DNA from: Chrysomallon squamiferum
Lineage: Eukaryota > Animalia > Mollusca
Reading direction: 5' to 3'
DNA length: 64,000 nt
Assembly: GCA_012295275.1 (NCBI GenBank)
Contig: CM022679.1
Span: forward strand, 18,476,001-18,540,000
Position 1 is the stretch's first letter; the number at the start of each line of letters is the position of its first letter. The position numbers were made by a program, and so were the translations under genes. Below are positions 45,338 through 60,651 of the stretch, piece by piece. The notes beneath the pieces were generated by a model. The model did no database searches, was not told the DNA's origin, and worked only from the letters and a program-made list of their open reading frames with translations.

Positions 45338-45876
45338 TGTTCAAACAGACATATTTACAAGTTTTACTATCCAAGCTGTACACATATGATTTTGTAATAA
45401 AATTATGTATGATGTTTAATAAACACAATTAGCAGCTATGAAATGATCAATACCTTTAGTTAATGGTACATGTATTGTCTATGTATAGAGGCATATATGA
45501 CTATACACAGGACAAATATAATCTTGCTAAAACATCTGCATTTTTACTGGATCCATTTCATATCATAGTGACATTCTTCACTTTCATTTAGTCTCTGGGT
45601 GAGGCCTGTATTTTGTAAACATAATTTGTGTGAATTTTACTTAATATGATAATGTTTTAAGTGCCTGACATAAGTTGATGGAAAGTTTACTTTTGTAGCA
45701 TTGTAGAGATGTATTCAGTCATAATATCTTTCCACTATGTACAGTGATAGCAGAATATGTATGTATCTAGTCATTGAAAGTTGTGCTTTAAGCCATCCTT
45801 GGTGATTTTCTTATATATCTAATTTATTATTTATTTTACCAAATAAACTGAACTAACACATTCCTGTCCAACAAAA

Positions 45877-45921
<45 letters not shown>

Positions 45922-46067
45922 TGAATAAATAAAATAAATAAATAAATAAATAAATAAATAAATACAGTTAGAATAAAATAAAATAAAATAAAATAAAATA
46001 ATTTATACATTTCTTGTCTCGATAATGATATTTGTTTAGTAAAATGTAAATTTATTGGGAAAGACAG

Positions 46068-46099
46068 GAACCGGAAACATCCTTTCTAAAATATATCAC
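46068..46099 (+). promoter_or_regulatory. RPS2 TCT/5'TOP start and short non-coding exon 1
   Basis: ETS-like CCGGAA just upstream; pyrimidine tract CCTTTCT at 46081; donor C|GTAAGG at 46100; acceptor TTTTTAG| at 46380, 3 nt before the ATG. Confidence 0.75.
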
Positions 46100-46383
46100 G
46101 TAAGGAATAAGGCGTGTTCATTTTCATTACAGGAATTAAAATCCACAATTATCATCAACATCAAATTAATCTGTTACAATTCATACATATTAACACGCAG
46201 TAATATATCTATTAATGTAGGACATTTCTTATTTTCGGTTATATTTTATTAATCCTACTGTATTGTTAGTAAAATGATAGCAACTGGATAGGAATATTAT
46301 CAGTATAAATTAATATATCAAATAATATTTGAATGTATTCGTAGTTTTGTATCTGCAGGAGTAGTAATAATATTTTTTAGCAA

Positions 46384-48953
<2,570 letters not shown>

Positions 48954-49983
48954 GCTCCAGTAAAAAAAAATTGTAATGGTGAAGAAAAAGAAAACAATAA
49001 AAATAATTTGAAGACCATCTTTTTTCCTGTACAATTGTTTATATTTACTTGTTATTACTTTTAAACTTCTGTGTTCTCAGATGTATGAAGAAGTATGATA
49101 GATACATTTTCTAGTTTTTTTTCTTATAAAGTACAGTTAATTTATTTTTTTTTATTACAAAAGGTTTTAATAATTCTCATGTTCTTTATCACCATTCGTA
49201 TTCCAAGTTTTTATGATGGTTTAGTATTTCATCTGGCAGATGTTTTTTATTAATAAAGGGGAACTGTTAACTTTTTTTTTCATGCCTACTTTTACAATAC
49301 AAAAACATTCTTGAGTTGTTTTCTTTCTTCAACATGGATGTTTTGAATTGGTTTTTTGCCTGTCCCTAAATAATAAAGAATGCAGTAACTGGCAGTATTG
49401 TTACATTTTGCTCAGTGAAATCATCAGTACTGACACTGAATCTCCAACTGATGAGATGAATTTTTTATATTTTTTTATTGCCACTGTGGTCAAAATTATT
49501 TTCTCAGCTTTATGAAATAAAACTTTCATCTATGCAAACTAATACCGTAAACAAAGGTAAAAAAAAAAAAAAAAAAATGTTAGTTTTAAATAAAAAAAAA
49601 AGTTTGTTTACAATCAGAAAATGGAAAAGAGGATTCCATGATGTCCAAAATATTCACAAGATAATACATTTTTAATTTCATCTTGACATGATACATTCCA
49701 TTAAAATAATATGCATTAATAGGAACCATTTTTTTAATGAAAAATAAATTATACATGCTAATGTAGACAGCAGTCACTTTCTCAGTGTCCTAGTATAGAA
49801 ATGCTGAAAACAGCATTCACTGATTATTGTAAAAAGATATTCAAGTGTTTCCAAATTTAATTACTTGCTGAAGCACCATGTAGCCTAGAGTTGCAATTTA
49901 TAATGAAGTGATAGGCCTAGTCATAGGTGCTTTTGTCTCATTCTGACAACTGTGGACATAATGTGGGGTGGTGATGGAAATAG

Positions 49984-50338
49984 TATGTATCTATCGACAG
50001 ATTGCATTACAAATTTAATTTTGAATACTTTTAATTTTAGGTCTCCCATTTTAACATAATTCTGTGCTGCAAACTTCAAGCCATTCCTTGTGTAAACAAA
50101 AACAAAAACATACCTGTTTTTTTAATCCATCCTACTTGACCATCATTAGCCTATAACTTGAATGGATACCATTTTAAATTGCAAATCTATATATTTACAT
50201 AAATACTTTTTTTTTTTTTTTTTTTTTCACACAAGGAATGGGTTGAAGTTTGCAGCACAGAATTATGTTAAAATGGGAGACCTAAAATTAAAAGTATTCA
50301 AAATTAAATTTGTAATGCAATCTGTCGATAGATACATA
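49984..50338. repeat. 110-bp near-perfect inverted repeat (foldback/MITE-like)
   Basis: 49984-50093 is the reverse complement of 50229-50338 with one mismatch seen; 135-bp spacer; both outer ends read TA. Confidence 0.93.
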
Positions 50339-52679
50339 TGGACATTTTTTTCTTTCTTTGTACTGTAATTAAGATCATCATTAAAATGGTACAAAGCTAT
50401 CAAACTCAAATTTCAATCAAAGGATTTTGGAAACCCCCCAAAACATAAACTAAAATTCATAGTTCTTTTCCACAAATATGCATGTGCCTCATGGCTTGTG
50501 ATATAAGATAGTTCCAGTACAAACCCTTGACCTATATATTCAAGATAACGTTTTTTGTATATACATCTCTCTTCATACCCAATACATTTACCAGTAACTA
50601 AAAATATTGATAATTTCATCGCTGCTAATTGTGTTTACTAAAAATTGATACATATTACAAAGGTAAAAAAAAAAAAAAAAAAAAAAATTTACATTCAGCA
50701 TTCATGAAAGAAATTATAATGGAAGGAAACAAATACAGTAAATATTTGAAAACATTACATAGGTAGAGGCAGACAGTTATAGTTAAGCCAATCACTAAGC
50801 AGTATGCAAAATGCATGTTTTTTTAAACCTATTTTAATTCTGCATACAAGCAATCTAACAACATGAATTGCTTGGAAATAAAGTACCAGCTGGACTGTCA
50901 TAGTTGAAGATAGTTGTGATCAACAAAAGACCGTGGATTCTCATAGGTAAAGTTGGATATCAGAGCATCTTTACATCCATTGGAAGGTTTATTGTGGCAG
51001 ATCCAGTAAATCCAGTCTTTGTTAATGATCTGCATGTATATGGAGGTATTGTAGCACAGCTTTGCCTCTGTTGAACTTTATAATCTCCATATTGGTTTAG
51101 AATTTAGGAATGATTTCAAGCCCCCTTTCTTTATAACTTTATAGTATATCAATATAAATTTGGAATGGCTCTAACCGAGTACAAAATCACAGAGAAGAAT
51201 TTGAGTTTTTGAAACTTCGTTTAGTTTTCCCATCAGAACAAACTAGTTTTTATTTATTTGAACAATGTCAAATCAAGTACAAATCAAATAACCTTATGAC
51301 TTTGGAGAATGTTATCTTGATTGCAATAATTCTGTGATGTTCTGAATAATATAATTTAAGAAAAAAAAAAAAAAAAAAAGAAGAAAATGACCATGTGATA
51401 ACGTGTTACTAAATTTAGCAAGGCATAACGTGTAACGTTAACGCACCTGCAATTCGTACAAGAGCTATTCTTATTTTATTCTTATTCATAACAGTCGAAA
51501 GAGCTAAAATGACCTCTAAAATAGTACCAAAATGTTTATGATTGGCCGATAATTATAAAAGTTGCGATCCAAAAAACGTGTCTAAATGTATGTAAAAAAG
51601 CTCTATCGCAAATTTGTATAGAAATAGAGCATACAAGTAATGCCCTGAAGTGGAAGTAAAATAAACATCCAGACTAACAGGATTATTTTGTTTAGGTGAC
51701 CTAATACGATAGGATAAAAATTTGTTTACAATCTTTACCGTCAAATCATGACTTTTTACAGAAGGTTGAAAATAGTTTCCGATCGATAGATTTTATTTAT
51801 ATTATTAAGTAACTGAAATGGTTTTATTGTGGAAAATTTAGAAAACGGACGAATAATAACACTCTTGAACACGGGCAGCCCCTAATGGCTACTATTTTGT
51901 ACCTACTTTGTTTTTAAAAAAGTGACATGGAGCCTCAAAACAACTGACATTGTATTGTACATGCACTAAACAAACCACCATACTAAAGTATTATCAAGGT
52001 TTCAAAAAAAAGTTTAATCTTTTCGTAAATTCATCATCTGGGTTTTGAAGCACCACATTTCTGCACTTATTTTCTCTAGAAACGTCTACTCAGATGAAAA
52101 TAAAAGTAGGACAATGTTGGGCAAAGTGCGAACAACCTCACGAAAGTGTTTCTGAAATGTCGGCCAGTTAGCACAGCGTGAAGATAGTTACCAACGTCAT
52201 ATCTCCAAAAGTACATCAGAATAATTTTTATTATTATTATTTTTTGTTCAGTTCGAATTCACAATTTCTATTTAACTAACAAATAAAAATAAAATAAATA
52301 CAAAAAATTATTAAAAATATAAAATAAAAACAAAAAGATAAAAATTTCAACACTTTGGAGTCAGTTTCCTACAATAAGAACTATTAGTTAAAAGAACACC
52401 CAAATTCCACCTTTTTCGTAAAAGCACTAACATGCCAAAAATTACTTTTTAAATTATTTATTAATTTTGTTTTTTAAGGACGTGTGAAGATACACAAGTG
52501 TTTTCAAGCATTGACACAAGTGATTAATCTTCAAAATCGCATGAAATTCAACTACTTTATTACACTCTTACGTGGTAGATGATAAATCGTCCATGTCGAC
52601 ATTATAAACTGCTACCACGGTTTAATTCCGTCAAAGGTGCTCATTACTAATAGAGAAAATTAATAAAAAAAGAAATATA

Positions 52680-53085
52680 ATGGCGGCATCGAATGCTACT
52701 GAAAATGAATTGAATATTTTACCAGGAATTTATGACGTTATTCGCAGGTCACATTTGACAAAAATGCAGAATATTTTTAATTGAATACAAACATTATTTA
52801 TTTCATTTCATTTCATTTTTAAATTTATTTTTATTTATTTCATTTTTAAAATTATTTTTATTTATTTTCAGCATTGAGAAGGATTCTCATGACATAAATC
52901 AGAAACTATCTGACCTACAGACACGGCTGCAGAAAGCAAAGGAATGTGTTGATAAATTACCAGGCATTCAACAAAGCAAAAATGAGCAGGTGAAGAGAAT
53001 CCAGATCCTCCGTAAACAGCTAACAATAAAAACAGAACTCCTCCAGAAACATAAGAATTTGTCCAAATTTGAAGTTGGGCAATAA
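52680..53085 (+). CDS. MED9: Mediator complex subunit 9, 93 aa
   Basis: Exons 52680-52747 and 52872-53085: MAASNATENELNILPGIYDVIRSIEKDSHDINQKLSDLQTRLQKAKECVDKLPGIQQSKNEQVKRIQILRKQLTIKTELLQKHKNLSKFEVGQ. Matches the Med9 pattern LP.I..II...EKD...LPGI..S..EQ......K.ELL. Absent from the ORF track. Confidence 0.9.
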
Positions 53086-53138
53086 CTTGATTTCATTTAC
53101 TTTTATTTTTAAGCGAAGTCATTTCAGAGGTTTCAGTC

Positions 53139-53666
53139 ATGAGTGAGGAAGGAAACGAAGTGCATCCTGTATTTCAAAAAGACCCAGAAGATTGGATGCA
53201 GTATGTGTACAAACAGGTTCAGGTTTTAACACGGGATGCAGTAGAACACATTGGCTGGGTTTATACGATTGACCCAGTATCAGAAAGTTTTGTTTTGGTT
53301 CAGTTTGTTGATGACCAGCCTCAACTTGACATACTGATAGGTCATGCCATTAACAAGGTTATTGTGATAGATGAAAACACTGAGGCACAAAAAGACAAGT
53401 TGAATCTCCTTTTCCGACCAGATATGTTTCCCACTATGTCTTCCGAAGACTTGAAGAAACGGCAGTTGCTGGTGAAGTTTTGGTTAGACAAGAATAGATT
53501 ACCAGTACAGGTTGGAGGGGTTGGTGATGAGTTACTAATGATTTCAGACGCTCTTGTAATTGAGCCACCTTACAGAGTGGAGAACTGTCGATGCACTAAT
53601 GAAATAATTTTGGGCAGAATTCAAGGATTGTTAAAAAGCATGCCTGAAAATTATGATCAGTGGTGA
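53139..53666 (+). CDS. GEMIN6: Gem-associated protein 6 (SMN complex, Sm-like fold plus AD domain), intronless, 175 aa
   Basis: P.DW..YVYKQV.V...GWVYTIDPVSESFVL, IGHAI..V, WLDKNRLPV, I.PPY..ENC..TNEIILGRIQGL are the Gemin6 signatures. AATAAA at 53931. Confidence 0.92.
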   Translation: MSEEGNEVHPVFQKDPEDWMQYVYKQVQVLTRDAVEHIGWVYTIDPVSESFVLVQFVDDQPQLDILIGHAINKVIVIDENTEAQKDKLNLLFRPDMFPTMSSEDLKKRQLLVKFWLDKNRLPVQVGGVGDELLMISDALVIEPPYRVENCRCTNEIILGRIQGLLKSMPENYDQW

Positions 53667-55482
53667 TAGTAGTATTTCCATGTATAATTAAAGCAGAAGA
53701 AAAATTATTCATTTATCTAAATATATCTTTAAGTTTTGATGTTGATTTGTATTAATTGACATAACTTTAATTGTCAGACATTTTGCTTTCTTTGTTCATT
53801 TGGGTATTGCATTAATAATGAATTTAAATATATATAACAATTTTAATGAATAACACATTTTTGTCCTTTTGTAATGGATCTTGTCAAAGTTGTTTTCCCA
53901 AAGATATTTATAAAGACTGAATTTCAAACAAATAAAATGAACAATAGATTTACTATCAGAAAATTTTAATATTTCAAAAATTGTTTAAAAACCATCTGCC
54001 TTTGATCTAAAGTTTAAAAACAAATGGCCTAAATACATTTTGTGTATTTCCAAATTATGACCTAATTTATTTGTAGTAACTGATTTTTTCTAATAATTAC
54101 AGGGTAAAGCATTTCATGTTGAAAATGGAATAAAATGCCTCAGACCAGTGGAAATCAATAAGCTAGCCTGAGAACTTTATTTATATTTTATGTACACATA
54201 TTCAAATTTAGTTTAATTCAAAATTTTTATAATAATTTTATGCTTTGAACGTAATCGGTACACATGACCTAAGTCAAAAAAGGTAACTATTTCAGAAAAG
54301 AGTCACACAACCTGTAATTATAAAAACTATTAAAGAATAAGATTTGAATAAAGCATGACAACACAAGTTTTACCTTTTATCTTGTTATGTAAAAAAATTT
54401 ATCCAGGGATATTTTTATATTTCTATGAGCAATATAAAATAAAATAATGAAACTATTTAGTTCTATCTTAGTACTGTACTTCTGCAGTTCAGCCATGCAA
54501 ATTACCTGAATTTAATTGCTTATGTTACTTTTATTATTGTTATATTACAAATAGAATTTTAATCTGTTAAAACAGAATTTCTGAAAATCTAAAATCGAAT
54601 TGTATTTTTAAAATGTAAAAATTAATCATAAATTTACAAAATATGTAACAGGAGATTGTTATTTCTTGTCTGATTTTTCTCAGTTTTATATCAAAATATT
54701 ACAAGAATGATTTGAAACACTGCACAAAAATAATAATCAGACTAGCTTGGTTTGGTATTTTTTTTAAAATCACATTTAAATTTAATAATTATTTTATAGT
54801 TTCATGTATTTTAAAATAGTATAATGTTTTAAAGAAATAATATAGTTCTTTTTGACTAAAAGAATCAAACTAATACAAATGTTACATTTTATACTCACAG
54901 CATTTAACAACTAATCAGTAAGTTGAAAAAATAGTAATTCAGTTTCAGTTTATTCTAGATTATATATAAAATGGTAATAAAATATTTTATACAATATGAA
55001 TATCTGAACAATACCATTTCTGCATAGAAGGCATGTGAAAGTATAATGTAATTAAAATTTAATTTAATTTTTTTTTTTTTAAATTGCCTTACATAATTTA
55101 ATAATGTTGATTTATCTCTGGAATGGCATTTCAAATATATCAAAATTTTATTTTAAATTGGTTTAGAAAATTATAATTTTTTCTAAAAAAGAAAATAATC
55201 CCCCCCACACACACACACACACATACATACACAGTTTATGTTAAAGGTTTGCCTAACTTTGAAGGTTCAAAAATATTTGATTGTATACCAGTACACCATT
55301 AGTTTAAAAATAGCAGGGATATTTTGTGTGTGTGTGTGAAAAAATCCTGGTAATTATATAAAAAGGTAATAGTGTTAAAAACGAGAAAATGTTGTACCAT
55401 TAACTGATTAAATACAATATAATATAATAAAGAAGTAGTAATTTCATAATGTCAGGGTCATTTAATTTTAATATTTATATCT

Positions 55483-58139
55483 TCAAATATAATTTTCACT
55501 GACGTTAGGTATTACATCTTCAGGATCTATCTGTTCAAAGCTGTCCTCTGATGAAGAACCATCTCCAAGGTACTCATCAGTGTCATGATTCTGATTACGA
55601 TGGTCAAGGTCCAGGAACTGTCGTATTTTATCTTCTACTTGGTAATGTTCACTAAATAAACACATTAAAACACTGGTAGATACAAAGAAGAAAGGAAAAC
55701 ATTTATAGACAAACCATATCAAAGATGTGAAACATAATCACTCTTGTTACAGCAAGGAGGATTTTGAGGAATTCATTTTTTTTGTTTGGTAAATGGAGTT
55801 TATATTGAAAATTTCTCTGTTTTCAGTTTTAACAGTTCTACATTATTCGTTATGCTGAATTTCAGAGTTCCTTTATTTTAAAACATAGGAAAACAATATA
55901 CATCAAAAGACTGAAAAAAGAACAATCATAACAAAAAGAAACAAAACCAGCTAATGGATTGGAATGGATTTAAAGGCTCTCACCTACTGCTTCCAAATGT
56001 AAATGACTGTGTCACACCAATGGACATTCCTGTGGCAAATAAAAGCACAACCTGGTGACCGTTTCCAAAGAATCGAACACTCTCCTCTTCTACTCTAACT
56101 CCAACAATGTCATCCAAGTTCGTTACCACTGAATAAGTAACAAAGTACTGAATACTCTGTACAATTACATGTCTAACATATCTAAAGTGTTTACTAGTTC
56201 TCAGTACAAATAACTTTGATAAAAATAAATAATAAAATAACAAAATATCAGTCAAATTCCTGTACTAAAATATCTTAGGATAATTAAATCTTTAGCACAC
56301 ACATGTACATGTTTATATAGTAAACTTTAAGTCAAACTGATAAAGTTATCATTATATTGTATCAGTGAATAGTAAAACAAAAATCTTTATACATGTACTT
56401 CCAAGTTATTATTTTATTGTCAACATTAATAATAAAATATTACAATAGGAAAATATTGAGTATTTTCATTTTAACCCTTTACAATATTGTTTTGTGGGTT
56501 TATTATGTGAATTTTTTTTTCTGAAAACACTTGAAGAAACTTTACAGAAAATCTATTCAGTTTGTACAGAATGACATCATAATTATGGAATTAGATAATT
56601 TTAAATTGTATTTTTTTGTTATACTTAGTTATAATTAAAATAAGACAGTGAAAAAAAAAAAAAAAACATGACCCCCCCAAACATTATTTGGAGATATGTA
56701 GACTATACTTTTTCTTTATGTTGCCAAAGGTAGTCATCAAAGCAGTTTCTCACCTGTGTGTTTTTTAACAAGTGGATGTAGAAACTTTTGTAGCAGACTG
56801 CAGCTGCTAATTCTTGTTTCTCCACACTGTTTGTCAAACTCACAAATCTTAAAATAAAACACACGACTCGGTTATATATTTTTTAAGTGAAACAATAATT
56901 TGTTTGGTTTATTTTCTTAGTTATTGATTAACCCTGAAAAGATTTATATTTGTAACATAAAGATAATTCATTTCATTTATATACTCAAGACAGGTCAAGA
57001 ACTGGTTTTTAATAATTTTAACTTTAATTTATTAAAAATAAATATTTAAAAAAAAAAAAAAAAATAAGAAAATAAAAAAATATTTTAAAAGTAGAAATTA
57101 TAAAAACTGAAAGTAGAAAAAAGAAAACCAAAGAAAGTTTACAAGAATAAAGGATATAGTAACGGTATTAACAACTGGGTATTTCATAAAAATAATAGGA
57201 ATTTTATCTACAAAACACTGAAAATGATTTGCAGAATTATTTTCATTTAGCAATTCTGTTATATACATATACACAGCAGTTGCAGTTTCCAGATTAATCA
57301 GAAATGTGTCTGCATTATTTAAATAGTTTTCGAATTTATAAATGAAAATAATTTAACATTTAAAATGAATAAATACTTTATTTTTAATAATGCCTTACCT
57401 CCCAGTCATCCATGCAGTAGATTCCTATGTATATGGCACCAGCCATATATATCAATTTCCATATCAAATAATCTGCAATGTATGTTTATATATTTAGTTT
57501 CCACATAAAACCCCAAAGTTGTTTGTTTTGTTGTTGTTCTGGTTTTATTTATTATGTTTGCTTTTTATGATATAACTATCTGGAAAAGGTTACTATGATT
57601 ATAACTTATTAAAAAGAATGATTTAATTCATAAATATTCAAAGATAAATCATACCTGAACCATAATATCCTGCTCCAAAACCAAAGGCCACTGCTCCTAA
57701 AAGAATGTACCACAGAATGTTATTTAATATATTTTTGGCAACACACACATACACAAAAATCTATTGTGTAATATATGAATGTAAATTATTCAGTTGTGAA
57801 AAATAAAGAAAATATAATGATGATAATTATAATATTAATATCATCTAATTACTGTACTAATGGATCAACATTTAAGTCTGTTTCCTATCCCAGCCATTTT
57901 AAATATTTTCTTAATTTTCAACATAGCGAATATTATTATGGATACAAATAATGATATGATTCAGAATTTCTTGATATACACTTTGTAGCCATTTTTCTGT
58001 TATGCTGTAATGATGGTTTGTCATTTGGAAATTAAGAATCTCAACAATAAATATATTTAAGAATCAAAAACTTCTTTTCTCTTATCCTTTTTATAGATCA
58101 AAAGTTATGAAAATTTAATAATGCTCTGGGACTTTATAT

Positions 58140-58173
<34 letters not shown>

Positions 58174-58965
58174 CACACACACAGATAGAGATATATATAT
58201 ATAGATAGCTCTGTTTTGATTGAGGCCACTTGCAGATGGTCTTTCCAAGCAGAAGTCATCAATGAAAAGTCTTGGTCTGATATGCATTGCTGCACACAAG
58301 CAGAAATGATATAAACATTCACCATCTTCATATTTGTAAACAAGGCCTCAGATTTACTGAACCATTTGAAATAATATTCTTCACAGTTACTGTCTGTCAG
58401 CTCAAGAGTACTGATATTTGCCTGAACCAAACTCTTAATATAATTCATCATTATATTGCATATTGAAGGTTACTGGTCCTGTCTGCATCACAGAATTCTC
58501 CGAAATGTAGTAAGGCTACATTTTTACAACTGTTTTCAGAGAAATAATATCCAAATATAATATTCATGGAAAATAATGGTTATTACAGCATTTCAGTTCC
58601 CATTGTTTTTAGTTTATCAAAGATAATGCCCTGCTTGAGTGTACTGGGTGAAGGAAAGAATGCTCAAATCTTCTAGTTTCCCAATTTATAGCATTTTAAC
58701 AACTCATTTAAGTTTCTAACTTAATAATTAACTGTTTATACTTAGCTAGCTTGCCTAAAATGTTTCCAACTGCCCTAATAACAATGGTAATAGTACTAGG
58801 AGGATGGTATTGGTAATAGAAGTTGTTGTTATTATAACAGGAAATGACAGTGATGATACCATATTTTAAAAACATACCAACAAAAAGACCCCAAGACCAA
58901 ATGTTTGGCTCCCTTGAAAAACACAGTCTCTTTGGAGTGTCTTCTTTAACTGTTATATAGCCCAT
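55483..58965 (-). CDS. CYBC1: Cytochrome b-245 chaperone 1 (EROS/C17orf62), 203 aa
   Basis: Exons 58965-58878, 57696-57655, 57472-57399, 56847-56754, 56128-55984, 55651-55483, phases consistent. REPNIWSWGLFVG, YYGSDYLIWKLIY, MDDWE, FDK, VEEESVRFFGNGHQVVLLFATG, VTQS. Confidence 0.92.
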
Positions 58966-59382
58966 GATGGAGCATATGGCCTGTTAAAGTATAATGTAAC
59001 ATAATATAACATATCAAATCATATCATACTATATAACATCATAAACATAAAATACACACACATACATATATATACGTATATATGATGACTGTTAAATGGT
59101 GATCGCGTCGTAAAGTGTAGTCTGTTAATGTGTAAGTGAATATTTGTTATTAGCGACGGTAATAAAACAAATTTCAATTTTTATTTTAAAAAGTTCAGAA
59201 ATCCAATTCAATATATAAAATCTGTAAATGTAACACTAACAGTGTAATACTCACAACTATTATTCTTAAATAATGTAGCACAAATACATTAGCCATCAAA
59301 ACAACCTAATACTAGTAATAGTAATACAACCAAAAGCTAGAACAAAATACAGCTGTTCACTCAAACATATTTATGTTCTCAC

Positions 59383-59640
59383 ATTTCTTTTTTGTGTCCA
59401 AAAACAAATCCTTGTTGAAAATACGTAATTATATTTACAACATTCCAAGAGCTGTCAAAGATATTTGTTTATATCGGAAATAGAAATCTTGCGACCAGAA
59501 ACTCAAAAGAAGCGTTACTTTAGGTGTGATTGGTCAACAAGTCAGTTGATGTTTTCTTTCAGTATTCGTAATATTTTAATTGGTTCTCGGTGCTTAATTC
59601 TAATATTTGAAACATTGATCATCATAATATTTAACAAGTA
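59383..59640. promoter_or_regulatory. Probable bidirectional promoter region for CYBC1 and HEXD
   Basis: Divergent genes; minus-strand GTGAG donor at 59382 for a CYBC1 non-coding exon; two ATTGG (CCAAT) boxes at 59529 and 59579; local CpG. Confidence 0.45.
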
Positions 59641-60651
59641 TACTGTATAGTATTGTGTTTATTAATCGAACACTACTGGTCTTTAAAGTTGTATTATAAT
59701 GTAAATGGTACATTCACATTTAACTAATTTTGTCAAAATACAATCTTCTTTAACTTAACTCATAACTGCTCAAAACAACAGAATTTCATTCGACTTTGGC
59801 ATTGGTAATCGAAATTCTGTTTGTAGTGATAGTACTGTTACTTACAATAGTGGTTTCAAAGTATGATTTGTACCCTAAAGCATCAACAACAAAATATTTT
59901 TTGAAATGTAATTACGGCAACACAAATTAACATTTTATCATAACCTGAAATTACACTGATGTTGAGTTCAAATTTCCATTCTGTGGTACGCTACTGTATA
60001 TAAAATGCAATTATACCTAACATTTATAAGATACTTAATTTGCAAAGGCAGGGTGAGAATCAAATTACTCAACTTAATTATGCTACTGGTGTCTTTATAG
60101 AGAGAGGTTTGCCTTTGTCACTACATGAACATTCGTAACATTGTCATTCTAGAAATAAAATTATATTGGTATTTTAGCAACAAAATTTTAAGTTTTTTAT
60201 TGTTCCATTTTGGTTTAAAAATATAAATTTCAGTGTCTTTTTGAGATATTACTTATGTCCAAGAGTATAAAAAAAGAACAGTAACAAGTTTTGACAGCTG
60301 AAATAGTTTTTCAAAATAATTATTTATAGTGCTGATTAAGGGTAATAAGTTCCAGATAAATATTTTCTGTAAAAGATTGTTTGTATTCAGAAATTTTGAT
60401 TTAAAATTACAGTTTGTTAAAATGCACTAATGTTAATAATTTCATTATTTATCCTAAATTCACTCAACAATCTGTCTCATGTATAGAAAGTAATATTTAA
60501 CCTCACTTTAAAAAATCTTTTATTGAAAGTACTTATAATACTTATTTCATTTTCATTAAGACAGAGATATACTGATACTATTGTTTCTAACATTCTCTGT
60601 GGATGACTAAAAAACACACCTTTTAATTTCAGATGTCACCTGGTCTTGACA

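Noticed and set aside
53121-53136. Two TTTCAG motifs before GEMIN6 as spliced-leader trans-splice acceptors (operon)
   Set aside because: Nothing else in the window suggests SL trans-splicing; cis alternative splicing is the simpler explanation, though this is not excluded.
58134-58451. 105-aa ORF nested in CYBC1 intron 1
   Set aside because: Runs into a (CA)n repeat, has no motif and no role in the CYBC1 model; probably a transposon remnant.
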